Assembly: GCA_029858505.1 (NCBI GenBank)
Contig: JAOUEW010000008.1
Span: 9,939 to 73,938, forward strand
Source: Deltaproteobacteria bacterium
GTDB lineage: Bacteria; SAR324; JACQKK01
Reading direction: 5' to 3'
Length of the DNA: 64,000 nt
Shown: piece after piece, positions 27,523-36,765 of the stretch
How positions within the stretch are numbered: position 1 is the first letter of the stretch
Layout: every line of letters begins with the position of its first letter
Notes under the pieces: model-generated
Seen by the model: only the letters and a program-made list of their open reading frames with translations
What the model was told of the DNA's origin: nothing
Databases searched by the model: none
Made by a program: the position numbers and the translations under genes

Positions 27523-27617
27523 GGGTCTTTGCTTAGGGGGGTCAATATTTAGGGGATAAAAAATAGAGGAAAATTTTTAGGCAAACGGTTTGAACAAACC
27601 TTTTGAAAATACCGAGA

Positions 27618-28316
27618 TCAGCGCCCCAGCACCGTGTTCAACACACGGGGGTCGGCCAAGTTGGCAAACAAATGACCCGGTTGGTGGGCGGCCAAGTCTT
27701 CCAGAGAATACCGCCCCGTGGCCACCGCCACGGCGGTCCAACCCAGGGGCCGACAACAGGCAATGTCTGCCGGGGTATCCCCCACCACCACCACCGACCG
27801 GCCGGGAAACACCGTTCCCCACTCCAAGCGGGCGGCCTCCAGGGCCAGGGGGGGCAGGTCCATCCGGCTTTCGTGGTATTGCCCAAAGGCCCCCAGGGCA
27901 AATTCTTCTTCCAGCCCGGCGGCTGATAATTTTAGGCGGGAAGATTCCTCGCAGTTGCCGGTGAGCAGCCCCACCAGCACACCCTCCATCGCGTTCAGCC
28001 GACGCAACAGGTCTTTCACCCCAGGATGAACCGTGATGTGCTCCGCCGACATGCGCTGGGGCAGCAAAAAAAAATAAGCCTCCCACAGGGCCTCTAGCCG
28101 GGGAGGAACCGCCTCTCTGGGCAAACCAGCCGCCGCGGCAAAGTCATACACAATGGCCAGTTCGGTTTTCCCGTCCATCAGGCGGCCATCGTTGGGCGGG
28201 CGCACGCCGTAAACCTCGGTAAAAGCGTCTTCCAGGGCTTTCACCGCCCGCCCGTTGGTGTCGAGCAGAGTGCCATCGATGTCGAACAACACCATCCGGT
28301 GAAAGGTATGATCCAT
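27618..28316 (-). CDS. HAD-superfamily hydrolase
   Basis: FDIDGTL, LLTGN, VGDTPAD motifs. Confidence 0.9.
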   Translation of the reverse strand: MDHTFHRMVLFDIDGTLLDTNGRAVKALEDAFTEVYGVRPPNDGRLMDGKTELAIVYDFAAAAGLPREAVPPRLEALWEAYFFLLPQRMSAEHITVHPGVKDLLRRLNAMEGVLVGLLTGNCEESSRLKLSAAGLEEEFALGAFGQYHESRMDLPPLALEAARLEWGTVFPGRSVVVVGDTPADIACCRPLGWTAVAVATGRYSLEDLAAHQPGHLFANLADPRVLNTVLGR

Positions 28317-28563
28317 GGGTGATGATTCGCGTTCAGCCTGAAAATAAAGCCGTTTTTTCACCGCCAGTGCGGCCCCGGAAAGAGGGCCCAAAACCGCCGG
28401 TGAAAGAATATTGGATCCGGTTGATGAACCAAAGTTTACCCCAGGCGCCCCCTGGGGGCAAAAATATTTTTACGGAATTTCTTTTCCATCCGGGGGATTT
28501 TTTTCTAAAATAGGTACCATGGTATAAGAGATTCATTCACCCTTTTTCGTTTGGAATGGCCCC

Positions 28564-29934
28564 ATGGATGTCACCAGTGAAATGCTGAACAAATACAACG
28601 TATCGGCCCCCCGGTACACGTCCTATCCCGCCATTCCCTTTTGGAAGCCCGCCGACGGCACCCAGGCCGCGGCTTGGATTGCCGCCATGGAACCCGCCCG
28701 GCAAACCTCTTTGTCTTTGTACACCCACATTCCCTTTTGCAAAACCCGCTGTTACTACTGCGGCTGTTTCGTGGTGATTTCTCCCCACGAAGAGATTGCC
28801 CAGCCCTACGCCGATGCCCTGGAAAAAGAAATGGAACTGGCGGCGGGGCAAATGAAACACCGCTGGCCGGTGGCCCAGTATCACCTGGGGGGCGGCACCC
28901 CCAATTACCTAAACATTGCCCGAATGGAACGCTTGGTGGCCAAAGCCCGGGCGTTGTTTCCCTTTCAAGACGATGCCGAGATGAGCATTGAGGTTGACCC
29001 CCGCACCCTGAACAAAAATTATCTGGAACGGGTAAGGGCCCTGGGGTTCAACCGGCTGAGCCTGGGGGTTCAAGACTTCGACCCCGAAGTGATGGAAACG
29101 GTGAACCGGGTGCAGCCTTACGACATGGTGGCTGGCGTGGTGGAGCAGGCCCGCAAACTGGGCTTTTTATCGGTCAACTTTGATTTGATCTACGGGCTGC
29201 CCAAGCAAACCACCGCCACCTTTCAAAAAACCATGGCCCAGGTAAAAACCTTGGGCCCGGACCGGGTGGCGCTGTACCACTACGCCCACCTGCCCGACTC
29301 TCATCCCTATCACCGCCGGTTCGACCCAGCGGACCTGCCCGGCAGCCAAGAAAAGATGGATATTTTTCTGCAGGCCAGGGAGCGGTTTTTGTCGTGGGGT
29401 TATCAACCCATTGGGTTGGACCACTTTGCCAAGCCCGATGATGACCTGTCGGTGTCCTTCCGCAACCGCTCTATGCGGCGGAACTTTATGGGCTACACCA
29501 CCAAAGCCGGAACCGACATGCTGGCCTTTGGCATCAGCGCCATCAGCGATTTCAACCATGCCTTCTGGCAAAACGAAAAAAAGCTGCCCCATTATTACAA
29601 AGCCCTGGAAAAAGGCGAGCTGCCCGTGATTCGCGGATTGGAGCTGAGCGGAGACGACCGCCTGCGCCGCCAGGTCATCCAAAACCTGTTCTGCCAGGGG
29701 GGGGTAAATTTTGGGCAGATGGAGCAGGCCTACCAGATTCCGTTCCAAAGCCACTTTGCCGGAGAACTGGAAGCCCTGGCCCCCCTGCAAGACGATGGCT
29801 TGGTGACCCTTTCTCCAGAGGGCATCACCGTCACCGATCAGGGGCAGTTGTTCCTGCGGAACATCGCCATGACCTTCGACGCTTACCTGCGAAAAGGCAG
29901 CAAACCCCCGGTGCAGTTCTCTCGCACGGCATAA
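28564..29934 (+). CDS. hemN: Oxygen-independent coproporphyrinogen III oxidase (radical SAM)
   Basis: PRYTSYP, HIPFCKTRCYYCGC, GGGTP, DLIYGLP, IGLDHFA, RNFMGY. Confidence 0.96.
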   Translation: MDVTSEMLNKYNVSAPRYTSYPAIPFWKPADGTQAAAWIAAMEPARQTSLSLYTHIPFCKTRCYYCGCFVVISPHEEIAQPYADALEKEMELAAGQMKHRWPVAQYHLGGGTPNYLNIARMERLVAKARALFPFQDDAEMSIEVDPRTLNKNYLERVRALGFNRLSLGVQDFDPEVMETVNRVQPYDMVAGVVEQARKLGFLSVNFDLIYGLPKQTTATFQKTMAQVKTLGPDRVALYHYAHLPDSHPYHRRFDPADLPGSQEKMDIFLQARERFLSWGYQPIGLDHFAKPDDDLSVSFRNRSMRRNFMGYTTKAGTDMLAFGISAISDFNHAFWQNEKKLPHYYKALEKGELPVIRGLELSGDDRLRRQVIQNLFCQGGVNFGQMEQAYQIPFQSHFAGELEALAPLQDDGLVTLSPEGITVTDQGQLFLRNIAMTFDAYLRKGSKPPVQFSRTA

Positions 29935-29982
29935 CGGGCGCCCCACAACCGGGATGGACAACCTCACCCCCAGAGAACCCCC

Positions 29983-31134
29983 ATGGCTGCGTCTCCCACC
30001 GATCAGGCCGAACGGATTTTGGCCGGAAAAAACAAAGAAACCATCCAGCGCCTGATGCAGGGGGTAATGCCCGTGCTGCAAGAAACCTGGGGAAACCCCG
30101 GGCGCTTTCAAGAAAAAGCCGTGGAGGCCCTGGACAAAGCCGCTCCCAGCTTGCTTTCCGAGATGGAAGCCGTGACCCTGTCTGGCCCCCTGGCCCAAAG
30201 CGTGTATCACCTGCTCGATGTCCACTTTCGCGCGGCATCGTCCACCCCAGAATTAAACGCCCTGCAAGTGAAGCTGGGAGCCAGCATGGTGTCTCCCTTC
30301 CGCCAGGGATGCCTGTGGCTGGCGGTGAAACTGCGCCAAGCCCAGTTGGTGTACCTGTCGGGGGAAGGCAAGGGCGCCCTAACCCGGCTGGCGGCGGGGC
30401 TGCAAAAAAACCTGGACAACCTGCCCCCTGAGTTGCGGGGCCTGGAACCCACCACCCTGGCTCGTCTGGAGTCGAAGCTGGCCGACGTCACCCTGCAGAT
30501 TTTGGGTCAGGCGTTGGGGCGGTTCTCGGCGGCCACCCTGGCTGGCCGCCTGCTGGAAATGGCCCGCGGCCAAGCCCGCATAGCTCCAGCGGCGGGGGCC
30601 GCGGAAGCCACGGCACCATCGGGGTACGGGGCCCTGCTGGCCCGCCTGGGCGACGCGGTGGTGAAGGCCGAAACCGCCCAGGCCCAATTCCGGTTTTCTC
30701 ACCTGGATGAAAACGGCCGGAAAACCCTGGCCAACAAAATGCGGCAGGCCATGGGTCAACAGCTTCCCCCCCTGCTGGCCCTGGCGCCGGAAGGATTCGA
30801 AACATTTTGCCGGGGAGTAGAAGCCGTGGTGTTCCCCTACCCCGAACAGGTGGAGTTTATCCGGGGGTTTTTGAAAACCCTGTATACCACCGCCAAGCAG
30901 GCCGCTTGGTTCAACGATTGCCCCACCCAAGCCAGCATCGTTCAGCAATACCGAAAACTGGCCGAAACCAAAACCATCAACCCCCTGACCCTGGCCCTGG
31001 CCAGAACCTTCGCCACCCACTCCCTGGCGGGCGGCGGGTTGACCCAGGCCTCCCTAGACGTGTTCTCCCTGGACCTGGTGGGGGAATTCCATTGGCCCCG
31101 CACGGTCGAAGACCTGCTGGCCCAATCGGCGTAA
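29983..31134 (+). CDS. Hypothetical helical protein
   Basis: 383-aa ORF with host-like codon usage, co-oriented after hemN; no motif recognised. Confidence 0.7.
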   Translation: MAASPTDQAERILAGKNKETIQRLMQGVMPVLQETWGNPGRFQEKAVEALDKAAPSLLSEMEAVTLSGPLAQSVYHLLDVHFRAASSTPELNALQVKLGASMVSPFRQGCLWLAVKLRQAQLVYLSGEGKGALTRLAAGLQKNLDNLPPELRGLEPTTLARLESKLADVTLQILGQALGRFSAATLAGRLLEMARGQARIAPAAGAAEATAPSGYGALLARLGDAVVKAETAQAQFRFSHLDENGRKTLANKMRQAMGQQLPPLLALAPEGFETFCRGVEAVVFPYPEQVEFIRGFLKTLYTTAKQAAWFNDCPTQASIVQQYRKLAETKTINPLTLALARTFATHSLAGGGLTQASLDVFSLDLVGEFHWPRTVEDLLAQSA

Positions 31135-31156
31135 ATCTTCACCCCCCAATCCTTTT

Positions 31157-31374
31157 CTCGAAGCCATCGGCTATTCTCTACAACCGTTCGGTGGATGAAG
31201 ATTGAACGGATGCAAGCGCATAGCATCGCGGCTTCGAGTGATTCCCAAAAGCACCTCTCCCCTGCCCCCTGGCGGGGGCATCCCCTCCCCAATCAGGGAG
31301 GGGAAAGACTCGAAGCCATCGGCTATTCTCTACAACCGTTTGGTTGGTGAAAACTGAACGGATGCAAGCGCATC
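31157..31374 (+). repeat. Two copies of the structured repeat module separated by a REP-like hairpin
   Basis: ctcgaagcc(31157)...ggcttcgag(31238) closed unit; second start at 31309; cacctctcc..cccctccccaatcagggaggg between them. Confidence 0.8.
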
Positions 31375-31501
31375 ACCCACCGGAGGGGAGTATTGGGTGC
31401 GGATGGGATGCCGCAAATAAAAATACACTTGATCTTGGAAAAACAATTGAATTAAGGTGAGGTGTCCACTGTCGCACTCCTGATCACCCCTCCCCCCCAA
31501 G

Positions 31502-32326
31502 GTGCCCATGCCCCCTGAATCTGGAACTGGCCAAGCGGCCACCATTTTACAAACCTTGTCGGATTTTATCGGCATAGAAGCCGGAAAACTCATTGAGGTC
31601 GGCGAGGTACTGGTGGCGGTAGGCTTACTGGTCATGACCCTGATGGAGCTGGTGAAAAACATGTTTCACCTGCGGTTGTTTTTTCACCGCTGGCAGGTGC
31701 GGCGCTGGCTGAACGCCCGGCCCAACCCCCGAGCCTACGAGCAGTTGATTCTGCTGGCCACGGGCTCCGCCCCCGGATCGTCTCCTGGCCTGTTGGGGCG
31801 GATGTCTGGTTTGCTGCTGGGAGACTTCCACCCCGGCGATGCCCTGTTTGACCAACCCACCACCAAAATGATGGGCCAGATCCAAGCGGCGGCCAACCAG
31901 GCCCTGGACTTCCCCCATTTGTTCCCCCATGTGTATGGCGTGTTGGCGGCGGCCTCCCCCGGCACCCTAAGCCCAGAGGGTGAAACTTGGCTGGCCTATG
32001 CCCAATCTCTCCAGGGCAAATCCACCAAAGGGAAAACACCGGTGTCGCTGGAGCAGGCCCTGCAAGCCAAAACCCAGGTGACCAAACTGGCCGCCCGCAA
32101 ACTAGACGCCCTGCAAAACAAAATAGACACCCTGTGGGCCCAACTGAACCAGCGGGTTTCGGTGGTCTCCGGTGCCCTGTTGATTGGCTACGCCCTGTCG
32201 AACGGAGCCGGGCGTGAAACGATGAGCGGATGGACCATCGCGGGCCTGGCGGTGATGGGCGGCATGATCTCTCCCTTTGCCAAAGACGTGGTGTCGGCGC
32301 TGGCGGGCCTGAAAAAGAGGGGCTGA
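31502..32326 (+). CDS. Hypothetical membrane protein
   Basis: N-terminal TM, two C-terminal TMs; ends 3 bp before the hydrolase. Confidence 0.7.
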   Translation: MPMPPESGTGQAATILQTLSDFIGIEAGKLIEVGEVLVAVGLLVMTLMELVKNMFHLRLFFHRWQVRRWLNARPNPRAYEQLILLATGSAPGSSPGLLGRMSGLLLGDFHPGDALFDQPTTKMMGQIQAAANQALDFPHLFPHVYGVLAAASPGTLSPEGETWLAYAQSLQGKSTKGKTPVSLEQALQAKTQVTKLAARKLDALQNKIDTLWAQLNQRVSVVSGALLIGYALSNGAGRETMSGWTIAGLAVMGGMISPFAKDVVSALAGLKKRG

Positions 32327-32329
32327 CCC

Positions 32330-33313
32330 ATGGACACCCAACCCTGGCTGGAATTGAGCTTTCGGCAATCCCCCGTGGGGGGAGACACCCAAGAAGCCCA
32401 CGGCGATATTACCGCCCTGGGCGAAGCCCTGGCCGGAGACCCCGCCCTTGGCGTGGTGTTTCTGGTGCATGGGTTTAACGTAACCCAGGCAGAGGGGCGA
32501 GAGGCTTATCGGGGGATGAACTTGGCCCAGGGGGCCCTGGCCCCCGGCCGCGACAACACCCCCCTGGCGTCGGGGCGGCAGGTGGTGCAGGTGTTTTGGG
32601 CCGGAGACCTGGACGCCCCGGAACTGGCGCGGCCCGCCTTTTATCCCTTTGCCATTGGCCGGGCCAGAGAAACAGGCCGGTTGTTCGCGGCCTTCCTGAG
32701 CAGCCTGGGGGCCCACCGCCCGGCGGACCAACCGCTGTCGGTCGAATTCATCGGCCATTCCATGGGCTGCCGGGTCATTCTGGAAACCCTGAAAAACCTG
32801 CCCGTGAAAGATCGGCTGTGGATTCACCGCGTGTTGTACTTGGCGGCGGCGGTGCCCACCCATAAGTTAGAAACCGGTAAGCAGGGAGACCTGCGCCCCA
32901 CCTGGCTGCAATGGAGCCAGGGAGAGATTCCCTGGCACAGCCTGCATTCTTGGGATGACCTGGTGCTGACCTATGCCTTTCCCCTGGGGCAAAGCCTAGG
33001 GGGGCCGGGAGAAGGCGTGCTGCCCACCGCCTTGGGCCGAAACCATTGCTGGATTCCCCTGCCCTACTTTCAGCAAACCCGCATCGCCCACGCCGGGCAT
33101 TCTGACTATTGGGGGAACCAACTGCAAAACCCCGGCGGGTGCTCCAAAGAAGAAACCCAGGCCAACAAAGATGCCGCCTGGGCCATCAACCAATACATGG
33201 GTTTTACCCAGGGCGGCCCCCGAGAATCCGCAGCCCGAGAAACCGCCGCTCGGGCGGTGATGGAAGCTCAGTCTGCCGGGCTGGAGCGGACCACCCCCCA
33301 AGTGGATTTATAA
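32330..33313 (+). CDS. Alpha/beta hydrolase (DUF900/DUF726-like)
   Basis: VFLVHGFN, IGHSMGCR nucleophile elbow, DDLVL, GHSDYW. Confidence 0.8.
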   Translation: MDTQPWLELSFRQSPVGGDTQEAHGDITALGEALAGDPALGVVFLVHGFNVTQAEGREAYRGMNLAQGALAPGRDNTPLASGRQVVQVFWAGDLDAPELARPAFYPFAIGRARETGRLFAAFLSSLGAHRPADQPLSVEFIGHSMGCRVILETLKNLPVKDRLWIHRVLYLAAAVPTHKLETGKQGDLRPTWLQWSQGEIPWHSLHSWDDLVLTYAFPLGQSLGGPGEGVLPTALGRNHCWIPLPYFQQTRIAHAGHSDYWGNQLQNPGGCSKEETQANKDAAWAINQYMGFTQGGPRESAARETAARAVMEAQSAGLERTTPQVDL

Positions 33314-33453
33314 TCTTCAACACGATCAAACCGTTAGCCCATGGGGCCCATTTGTGGTTTGTAAACCCCGCCAGGAGAGGATAGAGTGGAGGTAACCTTC
33401 ACTGGGCAGTTCTTGATCTTCTGCCCCTGCGTCGCCCGAATCCCCCGCTTCCC

Positions 33454-33792
33454 ATGACCAAACGAGAACGCACTTACTACCGCGTGACCTTCACCAATGA
33501 AGTCGGTGAAGAAGAAGAAATCATCCAGGTCACGGCCCGGTACGTGTCGCCCTCCGACATGTACGGGCTGGTGGAAATCTCTGGCTTTGTGTTCCCCGAA
33601 GGGGGCCTGCTGCACAACCCCCAAACCGAACGGATCCGCAAAGAATTCGCCGACATCAAGCGCACCTGGCTGCCCTACCACGCCATTTTGCGCATTGACG
33701 AGGTGAGCGATGCCTCTGCGGCGGACCTGCGGGTGGTCCCCATGGACGGCACCCGTAAATCCCCCGAAAAAGTTCCCTCCAAAAACAGTTAG
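33454..33792 (+). CDS. DUF1820-like protein
   Basis: YRVTF, ERIRKEFADIKRTWLPYHAILRIDEV. Confidence 0.75.
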   Translation: MTKRERTYYRVTFTNEVGEEEEIIQVTARYVSPSDMYGLVEISGFVFPEGGLLHNPQTERIRKEFADIKRTWLPYHAILRIDEVSDASAADLRVVPMDGTRKSPEKVPSKNS

Positions 33793-33802
33793 GGGCCCTT
33801 TA

Positions 33803-34322
33803 CTCGAATCCACCGGCTATTTCATTCGGCCGTTCGGATGGGTCGGGTGAACGGAAACAAGCAACGCCCTAACGCCATTGAACTCCCCCTCTCTTCGGGA
33901 GAGGGGGGCGGGGGGTGAGGTCCAATGGCTCGAATCCACCGGCTATTCTATTCTCCTGTTCGGATGGGTCGGGCGAACGGAAACAAGCAACGCCCTAACG
34001 CCTTTGAACTCCCCCTCTCTTCGGGAGAGGGGGGCGGGGGGTGAGGTCCAATGGCTCGAATCCACCGGCTATTCTATTCTCCCGTTCGGATGGGTCGGGC
34101 GAACGGAAACAAGCAACGCCCTAACGCCTTTGAACTCCCCCTCTCTTCGGGAGAGGGGGGCGGGGGGTGAGGTCCAATGGCTCGAATCCACCGGCTATTC
34201 TATTCTCCCGTTCGGATGGGTTGGGCGAACGGAAACAAGCAACGCCCTAACGCCATTGAACTCCCCCTCTCTTCGGGAGAGGGGGGCGGGGGGTGAGGTC
34301 CAATGGCTCGAATCCACCGGCT
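33803..34322 (+). repeat. Tandem array of a 126-bp structured unit (4 full copies plus a partial)
   Basis: ctcgaatccaccggct recurs at 33803, 33929, 34055, 34181, 34307. Confidence 0.95.
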
Positions 34323-34375
34323 TCGAGAATCAAGAGGTGATTGAAGAATAAACGGGGAGAGAAAAACCGAACCCT

Positions 34376-34876
34376 TTACCAGCGGTATTCAACCCGAGAC
34401 CCAGGCCGCAACCCCAACCGTTCGGCCTGCCCGGCAGCCAGTTCCAGCACAAAGTTGGCCTCGGCGTCTGGGGCATAGGTGGGCAAATCACCATCGGGGG
34501 TGCCGGGGGGCTGGAACGGCACCCTGGAAGCCACGTACACCACCTGATTGTTATGCAACCACACGATATCAATGGAAAACACCATTCGCTTCATCCAAAA
34601 CCCATAGCGCCCAGGGCTGGCATACACAAACAACATGCCTTCGTTGGGCCCCAGCCCTTTCCGCCCCCCCAACCCCATGGCCCGCAGGGCGTCGGAGTCG
34701 GCGATGTCTACCCGAATCTCCTTGCCCCCCGCCACCACGACGGCCTGATTCATGCCTTGGTTCTTGGCCCCCCTGGCGGGGGTCCCCTGTAGAACCGAGA
34801 TGCTTAGGGCCAGCACCAGCAGGCCTTTCCCTAACCATGAGAAGCGCACATGTTGATTGGCGGACTTCAAACGCAT
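34376..34876 (-). CDS. DUF192 family exported protein
   Basis: DIADS..GL..R, GMLFVY, FWMKRMVFSIDIVW, FVLELAAG. Confidence 0.9.
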   Translation of the reverse strand: MRLKSANQHVRFSWLGKGLLVLALSISVLQGTPARGAKNQGMNQAVVVAGGKEIRVDIADSDALRAMGLGGRKGLGPNEGMLFVYASPGRYGFWMKRMVFSIDIVWLHNNQVVYVASRVPFQPPGTPDGDLPTYAPDAEANFVLELAAGQAERLGLRPGSRVEYRW

Positions 34877-34983
34877 AGCGGAACCTGGAGAGAATGGGAT
34901 GGGGAAGGCTGATCTTTCGGTATGATAAGATGGACAAGACGGATAAGACCGAATGTGTTGCATGGCAACCGTAACCCGTACCG

Positions 34984-35502
34984 TTAGGCCATGGCGGCCA
35001 CCTTGGCCAGCCGTTTTTTCACCATATCCCGCCGTAGGGGAGGAAGATAGTCAATGAACAATTTTCCCTCCAGGTGATCCACCTCGTGCTGCAGGCACAC
35101 CGCCTCCAGACCCTCCAAGGTTTCCCGGCGGTGTTCCCCCTCCACCGTTTGGTATTCCACCGTTACCCGGCGGGAGCGCTTTACGTCGGCCCGAAATTCG
35201 GGAACGCTGAGGCAGCCTTCTTCCCCCACCCATTCGCCTTCTTGTTCCGTCAGGCGGGGGTTCACCCACACCCTGGGCTTCCGCAGGGCGGGGTCATCGT
35301 CTCCAGCGAAAATGTCGGTCACCACCAACCGGATGGAGCGCCCCACCTGGGGGGCCGCCAAGCCCATGCCCTCATTTTGATACATGGCGGCGGTCATCTG
35401 CCGGGCCAGCTCGGCCAAGGCGGCATCGAAGGTTTCCACCGGATCGGCTTTTCGCCGCAGGAAGGGATCGGGGAAGGTCAGAATGGTAAAGGGGGAAGAC
35501 AT
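34984..35502 (-). CDS. def: Peptide deformylase
   Basis: GMGLAAPQVG, EGCLS, QHEVDHL. Confidence 0.97.
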   Translation of the reverse strand: MSSPFTILTFPDPFLRRKADPVETFDAALAELARQMTAAMYQNEGMGLAAPQVGRSIRLVVTDIFAGDDDPALRKPRVWVNPRLTEQEGEWVGEEGCLSVPEFRADVKRSRRVTVEYQTVEGEHRRETLEGLEAVCLQHEVDHLEGKLFIDYLPPLRRDMVKKRLAKVAAMA

Positions 35503-35799
35503 AAGTAAAACAAGCTCCTAAGAACAATCTTCCGTAAACCGTCTGGGTAAAACCATCGCCCAGTGAGCGCGGGGTGGATGGGTTATATTTTAACGCCAGA
35601 ATGCGCCCCGATCAATGGGATGGTAACTTGGTCACAGTGTAACCTCTGGGGGGATACTATCCTAAGATTGTCTGGATGATCGTTGTCCGTGAAAACCAGG
35701 GCTATGCCCCCGGCAAGTCAACGGCACAAAACAACTGAATAACGGAACCTTTCGCGAAATCTTCCGTTACAACCACAAGATCAATTGGAGGAACAGCCC

Positions 35800-36150
35800 A
35801 TGAGTTTGGTCATGGAATTAACCGATGAAACGTTTGTGAAAGAAGTGGTCGAAGCCGGGGTGCCGGTGATGGTGGATTTCTGGGCCCCCTGGTGCGGGCC
35901 TTGCCGGGCCGTGGCCCCCACCATGGAGGAAGTGGCCAGCGAGTTTCAGGGCCGGGCCAAGGTGGTAAAAGTCAATGTGGATGAAAACCAGGGCGTGTCT
36001 GGGGCCATGAACATTCGCTCCATTCCCACCGTGGCGGTGTTTGTGGGCAACACGGTGGTGGATATGCGGATGGGGGCCCTGCCCAAACCCCATTATCAGC
36101 AGATGTTGAACAATGCCTTGGCTGGCCAGGGAACTTCTCCCACAGCCTAA
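35800..36150 (+). CDS. trxA: Thioredoxin
   Basis: DFWAPWCGPC, SIPT; ggagga RBS. Confidence 0.95.
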   Translation: MSLVMELTDETFVKEVVEAGVPVMVDFWAPWCGPCRAVAPTMEEVASEFQGRAKVVKVNVDENQGVSGAMNIRSIPTVAVFVGNTVVDMRMGALPKPHYQQMLNNALAGQGTSPTA

Positions 36151-36304
36151 CGTTATACCATAGAACGAGACGCCGTGGGTTCCGGTCGCAGCCCCCCCCT
36201 CCCCAGCGACCGGAGCCCCGGCGTTCCTCGTTTTTTCCCCATCGGATTCTTTCCCTTCCTTTTTTATCCCCTTTATTCTCATTTCTTCTTCCGCCGTCCC
36301 GATA

Positions 36305-36712
36305 CTCGAAGCCAGCGGTTATTCTGTTCATCCGTTAAAGCACCCCTCCCTGGCACCTTCGGTGCCTGTCCCTCCCCATCGTGGAGGGACAATACGGCTT
36401 AGGCCGAGGGGTGGAGATAGAATCCGTTTGGATGAGGAGACCGGAAGGAAGCAAGCGATTAACTTTTCGGCTTCGCTTTATTTCCCCTCCACGAAGGGGA
36501 GGGGATGTCCGCACAGCGGGCAGGGGAGGGGTGCTTTACGAGAGGGGCAGTGCTCGAAGCCAGCGGTTATTTTCTTCAACCGTTCAGTTGGTGAAAACTG
36601 AGCGGAAACAAGCAACGCCCAAACGCCATTGAGCTCCCCCTCTCTTCGGGAGAGGGGGCGGGGGGTGAGGTCCAAATACTCGAAGCCATCGGTTATTTTC
36701 TTCAACCGTTCG
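36305..36712 (+). repeat. Composite cluster of structured repeat modules and REP-like hairpins
   Basis: ctcgaagcc starts at 36305, 36553, 36679 (last two 126 bp apart); 15-bp IR 36336-36350/36524-36538. Confidence 0.85.
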
Positions 36713-36765
36713 AATTGAGAAGACAGGAGGGCGGAAATACACCCCCCGATTGCGAACTGCCCCCC

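Noticed and set aside
33803..34322. CRISPR array
   Set aside because: Units are contiguous and near-identical with no unique spacers, and the window has no cas genes
33878..34351. 157-aa repeat protein ORF
   Set aside because: It is a by-product of the 126-bp (42-codon) DNA repeat, with a TTG start and no RBS; dispersed copies conserve hairpins rather than a reading frame
31157..36712. Integron attC cassette array
   Set aside because: Repeats lack RYYYAAC/GTTRRRY ends, flanked genes include housekeeping def and trxA in mixed orientation, and there is no integrase
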